This document shows, in pieces, positions 47,834 to 60,600 of a stretch of DNA of 64,000 nt (position 1 is the first letter of the stretch; each line of letters opens with the position of its first letter). The stretch spans positions 707,817 to 771,816 of the forward strand of contig CAVNZM010000013.1 in assembly GCA_963693365.1 (NCBI GenBank), written 5' to 3'. A program made the translations under genes and the position numbers. This DNA comes from Amoebidium appalachense (Eukaryota; Protista; Ichthyosporea). A model generated the notes under the pieces. That model saw nothing but the letters and a program-made list of their open reading frames with translations. It did no database searches and was not told the DNA's origin.

Positions 47834-48114
47834 TAAGCCTATGTAAATATATCCCAAAAAACTACCTAAATATCATATTGCTTTTCTCCCGATCTATCAC
47901 AAAACCTGCCTAAATATCATAGATCATATCCCGGAAAATCCCGAAAAATGGACCTAAATATCAAGTTCATCTATCCCTTGGGCCCCTATCTATCCCGAGA
48001 AATATCATTTTTCTCTCGCTGAAGCCTAAATATCCGGGCTAATATCCGGTGCTAAACTTAGCCCGGCGGGCAGGTATCCATAATATTTCGAAGACTCAGG
48101 CCTAAGTATCACGT

Positions 48115-48211
<97 letters not shown>

Positions 48212-48218
48212 GGTGGGT

Positions 48219-48275
<57 letters not shown>

Positions 48276-48529
48276 TGCATGCATGAATAAAAAGGATATG
48301 CATATGGATCATATGCACCATTACGTACGTGTGAGTCGTGACAAGTCTGCAGTGCACGTGTGGCCGGCCCCGGCCTCGATTGAGGGCGGGGGGTGCACCG
48401 GTGGGGGGGGGCCGGAAGGGGGGGGGGGGGGGGGGGCCGGGTGGGGGGGGGGAGGAGGGGGAGGAATAACTTGTATGCATGCATGAAAAAGAGTATGTGT
48501 GCACGAACCAGAAGGCCAAAAGCTGGGGA

Positions 48530-48560
<31 letters not shown>

Positions 48561-48939
48561 AAGGCACGGGACGGTCTTGCCACCACAATGAAATTTTATC
48601 CTTGCTCACGTGCACGTCGACTACTTATCTTCTACTACATATACATGACTTTTTATCAGCCTGACTTTGCACTCGTTCACAACCTTGATCTTAGCCTATT
48701 TGCTGTGATATCCCTGGCCACAAACATATATAATATATCCCTAAACCCACGGGATACCTAAATCTATCCTGAGCGCTCGACCGGGATATATCCACCCCCT
48801 GTGGATAGATTGGAAATCCCGCCCCTCCCTAAATATCATTTGGAACTATCCCAAAACTGCCTAAATATCCGGATATATCCCATATCCCGAGGACCCCTAA
48901 ATATCCTGTGGAGATGCGGGATTTTTTTACATAGGCTTA
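47834..48939. mobile_element. Non-autonomous TIR DNA transposon, 14-bp TIR, 6-bp TSD
   Basis: TAAGCCTATGTAAA at 47834-47847 and its exact reverse complement at 48926-48939; GAGGAA on both sides; about 9 subterminal CCTAAATATC-like direct repeats. Confidence 0.8.
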
Positions 48940-49061
48940 GAGGAATGTAAGTAGATCTCGACCTTAGAACTATTGTGATTGGTAGCAAGAGGAAAAAACG
49001 AATTTGTTGTCCAATCATAAGCTCTAGCCGCTCATATTCATTACGCCAATCGGATTAGGCT

Positions 49062-49126
49062 GAAACATTTTGATGGACCAATCCCTAGCGGGTGTCCAAG
49101 GGGATCGGCGATACCGGATATATAAA
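49062..49126 (+). promoter_or_regulatory. CCAAT box and TATA box upstream of repeat-protein copy B
   Basis: GAAACATTTTGATGGACCAATC followed by TATATAAA at 49119-49126, conserved with copy A. Confidence 0.55.
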
Positions 49127-49255
49127 GCCCAGTCGACTGGGCAGGACATCATTCAGTCATTCGCCTTCAGTCGCCTCAAAAGCAAACCGAGTTTGTTGTA
49201 GGAAGTACACAGTGTAGCCTAGTAGCAAGTTGTATACACGCACACGTTCTTTAAG

Positions 49256-50744
49256 ATGGTACACATAGCCGCCTCCTCCAGCCTTCTGGCTGCGGCCGCG
49301 GCCTCTGCGGCAGCTGTTGCCGTGCGCCAGGCGCCTGTCGCCGACACCCAAGCGCCTGTCCGGACGGTGCAGAGGGTAGCCACACCCGATGTACAGCCCC
49401 TCCTCGGTGCTGCGCCCGTGGCTGCAGTGCCTGTGCGTGCCCCGGTAGTGGTCGTGCCAGTGAGCAGTTGGAACAGCGTGCTCGTGCCCCTGCGTGGCCT
49501 GAACTGCCCTGTCGGCTATGCACGCTGGCAAAGGGCATGCCGAAGGATCCCCCGCTGCCCCCGTGGAAAGGTGTGGAAGAGCTGGTCGGAGGGTTGCTGC
49601 AAGCCCACAAACACCACTTGCCCCCCCGGTCAGTTCTGGGACGCAAAGTACCAGCAATGCTGCGATACAAAGACCACCACCACCAACCCCGCACCTACCC
49701 CTGATCCCATCTGCCCCCCCGGCCAGTTCTGGGACGCTAAGTACAACCGCTGCTGCGACATCAAAACTACGGCCACCACTACACCCACGTTCACCCCGGC
49801 TCCGGTTTGCCCCCCGGGGCAGTATTGGGAGGCAAAATACAACCAATGCTGCGACATCAAAACCATCACCACCTCCATCCCCGCACCTACCCCCGATCCC
49901 ATCTGCCCCCCAGGCCAGTATTGGGACGCCAAGTACAACCAGTGTTGCAACATCAAAACCACTTCGTCTTCTCGCCCCACATCTACGCCCGCGCCCGTCT
50001 GCCCTCCCGGCCAGTCCTGGGATGAGAAGTATCAGCAATGCTGCAACATCAAGACAACCGCCACCACTAACCCCACGTTCACCCCGGCACCCGTGTGCCC
50101 CCCGGGCCAGTATTGGGATGCCAAGTACACCCAGTGCTGCACCATCAAAACCACAGCCACCACCACCCCAACATTCACCCCCGCACCCATCCCCGATCCC
50201 ATCTGCCCCCCCGGTCAGTTCTGGGACGCAAAGTACAACCGCTGCTGTGATATCAAGACCACAACCACCGCCACTACTCCCACGTTCACCCCTGCCCCGA
50301 TTTGTCCCCCTGGCCAGTATTGGGATGCCAAGTACAACCAGTGTTGCAACATCAAAACCACATCGTCCTCTCGCCCCACCCCTACGCCTGCGCCCGTGTG
50401 CCCCCCCGGTCAGTTCTGGGACGAGAAGTATCAGCAATGCTGCGACCTTAAGATTCCCACGCCTACGCCCGCGCCCGCTTGCTCCCCTGGTCAGTATTGG
50501 GACGCTAAGTACAACCAATGCTGCGAGATCAAGACTCCCACCCCCGGCCCCCTCTTGCCCCCCGGGCCAATATTGGGATGCCAAGTATAATCAGTGTTGT
50601 GAGATTAAGACTGGTGTCCAGGCCCTTAAGGTCATTGCTGCCCCGGCACCTGCCCCCGTCCCAGTGATCATGGCCGCTCTCAGTGCTGCGGAAGCCGATA
50701 TGGATTTCGTGAGCGGGGCGGATGATATTGCGGTGGACATGTAA
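49256..50744 (+). CDS. Secreted Cys/Thr/Pro-rich repeat protein, copy B (11 modules; +1 frameshift in a C-run near 50545)
   Basis: Inverted paralog of copy A. ORF 49256-50590 continues in the next frame to 50744 with the same C-terminus (..KVIAAPAPAPVPVIMA..DMDFVSGADDI). The extra C lies in a homopolymer, so it is either a sequencing error or a real frameshift. Confidence 0.8.
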
Positions 50745-50772
50745 GGGAGATGGTGTTTGTACAGTATTGATT

Positions 50773-50971
50773 CGGCGTGGCTGGGGTGATACCCTGGGCA
50801 AGGTGTGTACATATAGTTAGGACTGTTATAAGTGTGTTAGTTTAGCTACTAGCATCGTAGCACCCTAGCTAGAGTACTGTCGGTGCTGGGTGGAAGACGG
50901 TAGTTCGCCCTGAGGGCCCTTAGGGGTACCTCCGGGAACAAAACGGGATAAATAAAAAAATTAAAAAAAAA
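50773..50971 (+). mobile_element. Short non-LTR retroposon copy (SINE or 5'-truncated LINE tail)
   Basis: A-rich tail and perfect 15-bp TSD TGTACAGTATTGATT at 50758-50772 and 50972-50986; not seen downstream of paralog A. Confidence 0.8.
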
Positions 50972-51270
50972 TGTACAGTATTGATTGGTAGCAAAGTTTG
51001 AGGAATGTAAACATGTTGTACTAAATGAATCATAGCTGGTTTAATTTTAAACATTAATTTATTTTAAAATTTGTTTTTCCTTAAAAAAAATCTGTGCAAG
51101 CAGTGCTGGTCACTGCAATGTTGTTCATTAGTTGCACATCGGTTTTAATAAACATTTAGTCCATTTTACACTACGGGCTCATGCACTAGACTAAAATGGT
51201 CATCAGCCAACCCCATCCCCCTTCCCCCCTATCCCTCCCCCCACCCTCAGGTACACACACACACTGTGCA

Positions 51271-51546
<276 letters not shown>

Positions 51547-51940
51547 CAGGCATCAGCTGAACCACGAGTGCTAACTCTAACAATCCTGTTAAATTGAAGA
51601 GTTAGGCTAAAGCACATACCAAACGGAACGGTGCGAAAGGAGTATATTTTTCTTTTCTCTTTGGACACGTGACCATTGTGATCAACAGAGCACGAGAATA
51701 ATTAGACCGTCTGTCGCAGAAAATAAAAGAAGGTTTGCTGGCTTTTTTTTGGTAAATGTGTGCAAGCGCTTGCTGGCCTGTGCCAAGCACAAAGTGGTAT
51801 ACCCTACACACACACATGCAGACACAAACACACACAGCCCACACCGACCCATACACACACGCACCGTGGCACACACACACACACATACACACTGACACAG
51901 TCGCACACGCACACACACCTGCACACACCCGCACACAGAT

Positions 51941-52036
<96 letters not shown>

Positions 52037-52179
52037 TAGGAACCACCATATTTCTGGCAAGCACGTTGGCCACATTAGTAAACAAATCATACCGCATCCG
52101 ATGAGTTCAACCAATGAGCGTCCGGTTTTAAATTTTAAATGTAGGTTTTGACTGGAGGGGAGGACTGGTGCTCCTCACT

Positions 52180-52384
52180 AGCAAGGCTGGGGCAACAACC
52201 CTGGGCTAAGTGTGTACAAGTAGCTAGGTTTGTCAACGGTGTATTAGTTTAGCTATTTGCACCCTTAGCATTCTAAGTAAGGTTCAGCCGGCACTGGGTG
52301 GAACTTTTTGTGACGGCAGTTTCCATAAAGGATTCCTAAGGGGCCCCCTGGGAACAAAACGGGACAACAACAACAACAAAAAAG
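52180..52384 (+). mobile_element. Diverged second copy of the same retroposon, with a (CAA)n/A tail
   Basis: Colinear with 50773-50971 (GGCTGGGG..ACCCTGGGC..GTGTGTACA..TTAGTTTAGCTA..CTGGGTGGAA..GGGAACAAAACGGGA). Confidence 0.7.
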
Positions 52385-53992
52385 TGAATTTTGGAAAAAC
52401 ACGCACACATGCACACACACACGCACACACTCATAAATTAACCGTCCCTAGCACTATTTTGTTGCGCACACACACATACATAGAGCGAAAACAGCAACAG
52501 GACACATATGGAGCGAAACCACCCCCTGCAATAATAATAACAATAAAAAAAGCTATGTATGCTTATTGTTGGTTTTGTGGTAGAACCTAACCAAGCCACA
52601 TAAGGGATGAACATAAATACATGACACGAAATGACCCTGCGCTCTGCTTTTATATGGGCCGAAAACACCGCCAGGCTTTATTGCCACAGGTAAAGGTATT
52701 ACCTTTAAAGGTAATACGGCCCGGGTACCATATCAGGAGCGGGCAATTTTTGAATTCTCCCTCCCGGTTGCCAGCAAGATCGTTACGATGACATTTTATT
52801 GAGGGGGTTTACACACTTTTTAAACCCCGTCGTCATCCAGAAATAGATTCAAATAGATCTATTCGACTTATTTGCTGAGCGCGGTAAATATTTGGCTTTT
52901 GAATTTAAGAGCAATCGGTACTAAATATTGCTACATTTTTCTATACAATGCCTTCAGAGGGTTCAAATCAGAACGAATTATTATATACAAATATTTAATT
53001 TATAATTGTATCTTATGCGTGTAGCGGCAATCTGATTGCTCTTATCCAATCCTTGTACTACCTGTTCCGTGACCGCGTTTCTGGAAATTCTTTGCCTCCG
53101 TCTGGCGGGATTGCGTTGAACCCAATCGGGTCTCAGCCTCAGATCTGCCGCTGGCGGCACAGCCAAACTTGAATGGTCCGCCCAGTCGCGGTGTTGCGTG
53201 CACACAGTGCCTGGTTTCACTATTTCACGTGCATTATCCACATACTACAAAGGTCATACTGCTATATAAAGCATCAAATGAGGCCATGACCATAATTTCA
53301 TACCATAATCTGCGTATGTAACACACATCATACATAATCATTGCATCCACGGACCAAGATCGGGTTGTTCTACAGTAAAACGATGGCTCAGGCTAGGACT
53401 CATGGTGAAACACCTTGGTAATCTCCTTGGTAATTCACTAGTTTCTGTAATGAATAGTAACGGTACAATATTGTACTCTTACATGCTGTGGGAACTAAAA
53501 TGCGGATTCTGTCAAAGTTCGTATCACTATATTTTTAACTTTATGCATATGGGCATATATATGCAGCCCTTTTTTCTGCCCTTTCTAGTATCATCATAGT
53601 ACCACATATCAAATTTGATCGCTAGCTAATTTTTATTAGTGATTGAATGCCAGCGGAAGATAACATTGGTTATCCAAAGCATAGTCAGGAACGTGGCTTC
53701 ACGATCTTTACGAATAGATCACTGGTGTCAGGGCATGATGTTATTGGCTAAACTCAAAGCACGGCTAGTGCACCGTTGGGGTCATCCATCCATGTACACG
53801 TGCATGCATCACCGTAAATGGGAGGCACGGGGTTTCAGATCTCTCTTAGATCTCTGTGATCCATACATCGTAGGAAGCCGAGATTTAGTGATTATTTCAC
53901 GTTCTGAGAAAAAAGGTTGTGATAGCACATAGTCGTGTGTGTGTAGATATGCATGCCATGCCACACGCACACGCACACACATGCACTTGATA

Positions 53993-54083
<91 letters not shown>

Positions 54084-54110
54084 ACACGTCACACACACAC
54101 ACACGCACAC

Positions 54111-54165
<55 letters not shown>

Positions 54166-54218
54166 TGTACACACGTATACGTACGTACACACACACCCAC
54201 GCACACACACACACGTAG

Positions 54219-54309
<91 letters not shown>

Positions 54310-54524
54310 CACGCAAGCATGCGCACGTCCGCGCACACACGCACACACATGCACATACACACAGAAGACACACACAGACACACACACCACACATACACAC
54401 ACACACACAAACGCACGCGCACGCGCACGCGCACGCACACACGCACACACGCACACATACACATACCCACACACTCTCTCTCTCCCTCACATCCTTTCCC
54501 CCCCCCCCCTCTAGATTTCTCTCG

Positions 54525-54644
<120 letters not shown>

Positions 54645-54661
54645 GTCTCTCTCTCTAGGCC

Positions 54662-55171
54662 CAACCACATCGGCTGAGTCAATTTGCTTCGAGCAGAATT
54701 ATTCTGCAAAAAGCAGAATTATTCTGCAAAAAGCAGAATCATTCTGCTGAAAGCAGAATTATTCTGCAAAAGCAGAATCAATCTGCTAAAAGCAGAATTA
54801 TTCTGGCAAAAGCAGAATCAATCTGCTAAACGCAGAATTATTTTGCAAAGACAGAATCACTCTAAAAGCAGAATCAATCTGCAAACAGCAGAATCAATCT
54901 GCTAGAAGCAGAATCAATTTGCTAGAAGCAGAATTATTCTGCTAAAAGCAGAATTATTCAGCTGTCGAAAGCAGAATGATTCTGCTTGTTGCGGAATAAT
55001 TACTCTAAAAGCAGAGTGATTCTGCTAAAGCAGAGTCATTCTGCGTTTGCAGAATAATTCTGCTAAAGGCAGAGTGATTCTGTTTTTGCAGAATAATTCT
55101 GCTTTTTGCAGAAATGATTCTGCTTTTGCAGAATAATTCTTCTTTTCGCAATAACTCTGCCGATGTGGTTG
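54662..55171. mobile_element. Foldback-like non-autonomous element inserted in a (CT)n tract
   Basis: Terminal inverted repeat CAACCACATCGGC(T/A)GAGT; interior made of 19-21-bp self-palindromic units GCAGAAT(T/C)ATTCTGC arranged in two inverted arms. Confidence 0.75.
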
Positions 55172-55175
55172 CCCC

Positions 55176-55393
<218 letters not shown>

Positions 55394-56866
55394 TTTTTCT
55401 CTCTATCACACACACTCACTGGTCTCATTCACCCACACACACTCACGCACACACAATATGTGGGTAAACGAAACCGATCGGTGATACTCCCTGCAACTCA
55501 TTATGAACTTTGGCGAAAAAGGTGCACTGAGCTTTGATCATGACATGTCCACCTAGCCTTACGTTCTTCTTGGTACGATCATTAGAGGGGTGTGTCAGCA
55601 ACTTTTTGAAAGCCTTCCCTACAGCGGCAGGAATGGTTGTATTGATTGAAATCGCATTGGGCCTCCGGGTCGCAGGTGTGGGTGGCGTGGGGGGTGGCGT
55701 GGGGGGTGGGGGGGGGGGACTATGTCTGATCAGCGTTTGTCTAGGGAATGGGAAGGTGTGTGTGTGTGGGGGGGGGGGGGGGGGGGGGGGGGGGAGGGGG
55801 GGAAGCAAAGAAGGAAAGAGGCAAAGAAGCAAAGAAGCAAAGAAGCAAAGCAGAAAAGCAATCATAGGCCACACATTGAGGAAGACCTTCGGCAAGGGGC
55901 CACTTGGTGGAAGAACGAGGGGGGGGGGGAGGGGGGGGATGGGAGGGTTGCTCCGGATCAGGAGGCCTAAACGAGCCAGACTGTGGTTTAGAATTTGCAC
56001 TGGTGCTGCATGTGACGCGCGTGTTTTGGGGGAGGGCGGGGGAGGGAGGGGGGGGGGAGGGAGGGAGGCTAGGGAGGGGGGCGGGGGGAGGGGAGCGGGG
56101 GATTGCTATTTTCTATGGTGGGGGAGCCAGTGGGGGCCGGGAGGGAGATGGGGAGGGGGAGGGGGGGGGAGGGGGGATGTTTGGGGGGGGGAGGGGGGTC
56201 TGTTAGGCTTACCGGTTTACCCGCTAACATTTTGGAGGTCGGATAGACTAGCACCTTCATACACTTACCGTATATGTTTGCGGTGTGAAGCCCCACACGT
56301 ACGTGTGCTTGCTTTAAACATTAAGCTTATTCTGACGTGAGGATTGACCATACCACCTACATTTCGTGTACATATCAGCTACCTCATATTGAATATGCAC
56401 GGAATACTCCTCACTAAATATAGATGTACTGAGTGGATTGTTTCTTAACGTTAACGTCTATTTCGCTGTTTTTCTAATGTTCCCTTATATGGATGTTGCT
56501 CAATGTCTAAACATGGAAATAAATCACACCATAAATGGGCAAAGCAAATCATCAATCTGACGTCATTATGACGTCCTGTAACGAAATGTCGCAAAGGACC
56601 TTCAAGGGGGTTTCTTTCAGGCCGATTAATTGTCCCAATTCCAGCACATCGGGGTCAGGCCATTTGCTCAGCATATAAATCGTGATACGAACTGCAATCT
56701 TCTTCCTAACGCTTTATTATTATTATTGCCTTCTGTAATTTCTTTTTCCCCCTTTTCTTTTTCCTTTTGCTGTATTATGGCGCATCTGTACCTTGCTGCC
56801 GGAAAAACGATGATGCGTAGCTGATGCGCAGCACGCCAATCAAATAGCTAGAATCCCCTTCTGACC

Positions 56867-57632
56867 TGTTGGAGTACACTGGTACTCCCGGCTAGCAATG
56901 TCTGTTAGAGAAAGTTTCTGAGCAATTGAATAACTGTTTCAACACTCACTCGAGTGCATAGAGCTTTTGTTTACGGTCATATTCATATATGGTAGTTATA
57001 TGTTTGAGCCAAAACTGTACCAATGACGAGCTTCACTAGCAACGTGCTAATTGTGCTCTCTTTTCGGCTATTCCCGGTTCAGATGATGTCATGTCTATAT
57101 TTGCCACAGGATTCTATTCTTAGAGTGGTAGTGTGCTTTATTCCCGGATATTCTCAGAATATTTTTAGTTGTGTGAAGCAAGATTTACGTTTAACTGCAA
57201 TTGGTGTGTTAAACACGTTTATTTGTGTGCTTTAGTGCAAGTTAACTAGCCACTCAACGTGCACAGTTAACTTTTATATCTTTAACGACTTGTTTTCATT
57301 GTGCTCTCTTTTCGGCCATGCTGTACATGGCCCACCACCAGGGTGCACACGAGGCCACCATGAGGTGGCCAACGACTATATAAAGCAGTGCCTCCCATGT
57401 CACAAACATGGGAAGCAGAACGTTTGATTTACACTTTTCTACTGTCGTTTCCAGTGCACAAAACACATAGACTAGTTACCCATCATACACGACACTATGT
57501 CTGACAACTTACAGTTGCAGCAACTAGTCCAACTACTGGAGCAGAGGTTGGCCTCACAAGATGCAATCATTTCTGACTTACAGAAGGAACAACGTGCACT
57601 AGAACTAGCTTCTATGAACACAATGTCCAACA
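56867..57632 (+). repeat. 5' LTR
   Basis: Direct repeat of 61982-62747 (offset 5115), no differences noticed by eye; TATATAAA at 57377-57384. Confidence 0.95.
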
Positions 57633-60600
57633 GGGTTATGGGCCCCTCACGTAATGATTCCATCAAGTTCAAGGTCGACATCCCTCTCTTCACTGGCATT
57701 GATAATGATTCAGGCACGGACTACCACACATGGGCCGAAACCATGTATGTCCAGCTTTCTGGTGCTGGTCTTCTCCACACCATCGCGCCCAGTACGGAGC
57801 ACCCGGCTACCCGTGAACAGGTCGACACTGCCCGTTCCTACCTGTGGCAAGCACTCTCGGTTGACGTGCGTTGTATCCTAGGGTTAACACGCACCACCAC
57901 ACCTGCGGAGATATGGTCGGCCCTATCTGCCCACTACCTGGAGCAATCTGAGGCCAATCAGTACGACCTTATCGGGCTGTACATGAATTCTACGCCTGAA
58001 CCTACGGACACCGCGACGAAATACGCCATGAAACTCCGCGGCTACGTGCGGCGCCTGGCCGATTACGGCACACAAATTGGTGATGCTCAAGTGCTGACCA
58101 AGCTCACCAACGACCTCGGCAAGGTGCCTTACTACGAAATGCCTGTAATTGCCTACAAGATGACACCCAAGCCTACCGTGATGGGCCTCCTCCAACAGCT
58201 ACGGGCATATGAGACCAGCCACCCACGTGCACGTGTGACTACCAGCTCCGGGCCGGCCGCCTTCACCACACGGGCTCCTCAACCTGTCATCTGCCACGGC
58301 TGCGGCAAACCAGGCCACATCAAGTCTCAGTGCCCCAACGGCAACGGCCAACACAGCAACTCTGGCAACAACCGTGCCAGCACCTACCCCAAGGGTTCCT
58401 GCGTCAACCACCCACTGTCTACCAGTCACACTACCGCCATGTGCAAGGGGGGCAACCGTGCCAACGGCCGCAAACCTAAGGGTGGTCCCCTCCCGCCTGG
58501 GTCCTGCATCAACCACCCTGCCTCTACTACCCACACTACGGCACAGTGCAAGGGGGGGGCTGCCGCTCCCCGGGCTTTCCTCATGTCTAGCAACGACTGT
58601 GGCACCAACAAGGTGCTCCTCGACTCTGGAGCCACTGACCATGTGTGCCCCCGGCCCGATGTGTTCATCAACATGCGTGCGGCGCCTTACTCCACGGTCC
58701 AAGTAGCCGACAAGGGTGCATGTGCAGTGCTTGGGGTGGGCGACGTGTTCTTTTCCAGCACCATCGACGGCGTTACTGCGGTGCATCAGCTGACGGATGT
58801 ACTCTACGTGCCCTCCATCCCCGACACTCTCATCAGTGTGTTCACGGCAACTACCAACGGTGTTTTACCCCGCTTTGACACCCGCGGCGGCGTTAAGTTG
58901 TGCTACGGCGATCAAATTCTGGCCACCGGCTCGGCTGTCGGCACCAAGCTGTACCACATGGCGGTGTCTCTTCTGCGCGCGGACACAACCCCGGACGCCC
59001 AAACCACCACTGCTCCGCGTATCCTCAAGGTTACTGCCGACCTCAACACGTGGCACTACCGTCTGGGCCATGCTGGCATTGACGCTGTACGCTCGGTCAT
59101 CAAGTCTGCAGGCCTGTTGGTGGGTGGCGGTGCCAAGTCTCCGGGTGTGTGTGAGCCCTGTGCCCTCGGCAAAGCCCACCGTGTTGCCTTCTCCGAATCA
59201 ACTAGCCAAGCTCCCCGGGTCCTAGCCAAGGTTCACAGCGACATCAGCGGCCCCTTCCCTCCCGCGATCGGTGGTGCTCAGTACTTGGCGACGTTCCACG
59301 ACGAATTCACCGGCCACACCACGGCCGTGCCCCTCGTCAAGAAGTCGGACACACTGGCTGCATATGTGACGTACCACAAGGCGGCGGTTACCCAACACGG
59401 TGTTCCCATGCAGGTGTTTCAGTCCGACGGGGGGGGCGAGTACATGGGCACGGCCTTCGGGGACTACAACCGTGAGCATGGCATTCGCCATCAGATCACT
59501 ACCACCGGCTCTCCTCAACAGAATGGGACTGCCGAACGACTGAACCGGACCCTCCTCGACATGGTTCGGGCACTCCTGCAGCAGTCCGGCCTTCCGGTGG
59601 GATTCTGGGCCGAGGCAGCTATGACCGCGGCTTTTATACGCAACATGCTCCCGTCGCGAGCCACCGGCAGCCAATCGTCTCCCGCCCTGCTGTGGACCGG
59701 CATTCCTCCCGACTACAGCCGGCTCCGTGTCTGGGGCTCTCCCTGCTACGTCCATCAACAGGATAGACCGAAACTGGCGCCTCGTGCCGTCAAGGGCATC
59801 TTCGTGGGCTACCCTCCTAACATCAAGGGCTACAAGGTCTGGATTCCAGCAGCACACAAGATGACCGTCAGCCGTGACGTGCAGTTCGACGAGGCTGCTA
59901 TTCTGCACCCCCTCCGTGATGTCCCATCTGATTGGTCGACCGCACCGGCAATTCATCATTTTTTGGAGTCATCTGATTCGTCAAATCAGCCAGCCAATCA
60001 CATCGTCCGGAATGATCAGCAATCTGATTCGTCTCGTCTGTCAGCCAATGGGACAGCGCCGAGTGATCAATTGGACATTCCGATCCTGCCCGAGCCTGCA
60101 CATCGGCTCCCCCGGACGACCCGTAGTGGCGCTGTGTACAACGACCAACGTCGAGGCCCGACTGCCAACGTGGCTGCTGCTACGGCCCCCCTTGCCCCCC
60201 AGGCTACGGCTCCTGCATCAACACCCATCAAGGCTTCCACCATTGTTGTCCCCAAGACTGTCCGGGCTGCACTCAAGAGTCCCCAGCGTCTGAAATGGGA
60301 GGAGGCTGCACACCGTGAGCTCAAGGCCCTGGAAGACAACGGCACCTTCACCCTTGTGCCCCGTCCAGAGGATGGCTCCACTGTCATTCCGGTCGGCTGG
60401 GTCTTTACGGTCAAGCAGGACAACGTCGGCAACGTCACTGCTTTCAAGGCCCGGCTTGTGGCCCGGGGCAACTACCAGCAGCCTGGCCAGGACTATTTCG
60501 TCACCGAGTCACCTGTGGCTGCGCTGGCTACCATCCGGCTGGTTTTGGCTACCTCCGTGGCCCAAGGTCTGCCTCTGCGCCACATCGACGTCAACACAGC

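Noticed and set aside
44698-50812. Long antisense and alternate-frame ORFs over the repeat-protein genes
   Set aside because: Shadows of GC-rich repetitive coding sequence.
52696-52717. Perfect 22-bp palindrome GTATTACCTTTAAAGGTAATAC
   Set aside because: Single occurrence with no supporting context.
52960-53930. Unique sequence with faint integrase-like wording (LVPTACKSTILYRYY)
   Set aside because: Many stops and no catalytic motifs; cannot be supported without a search.
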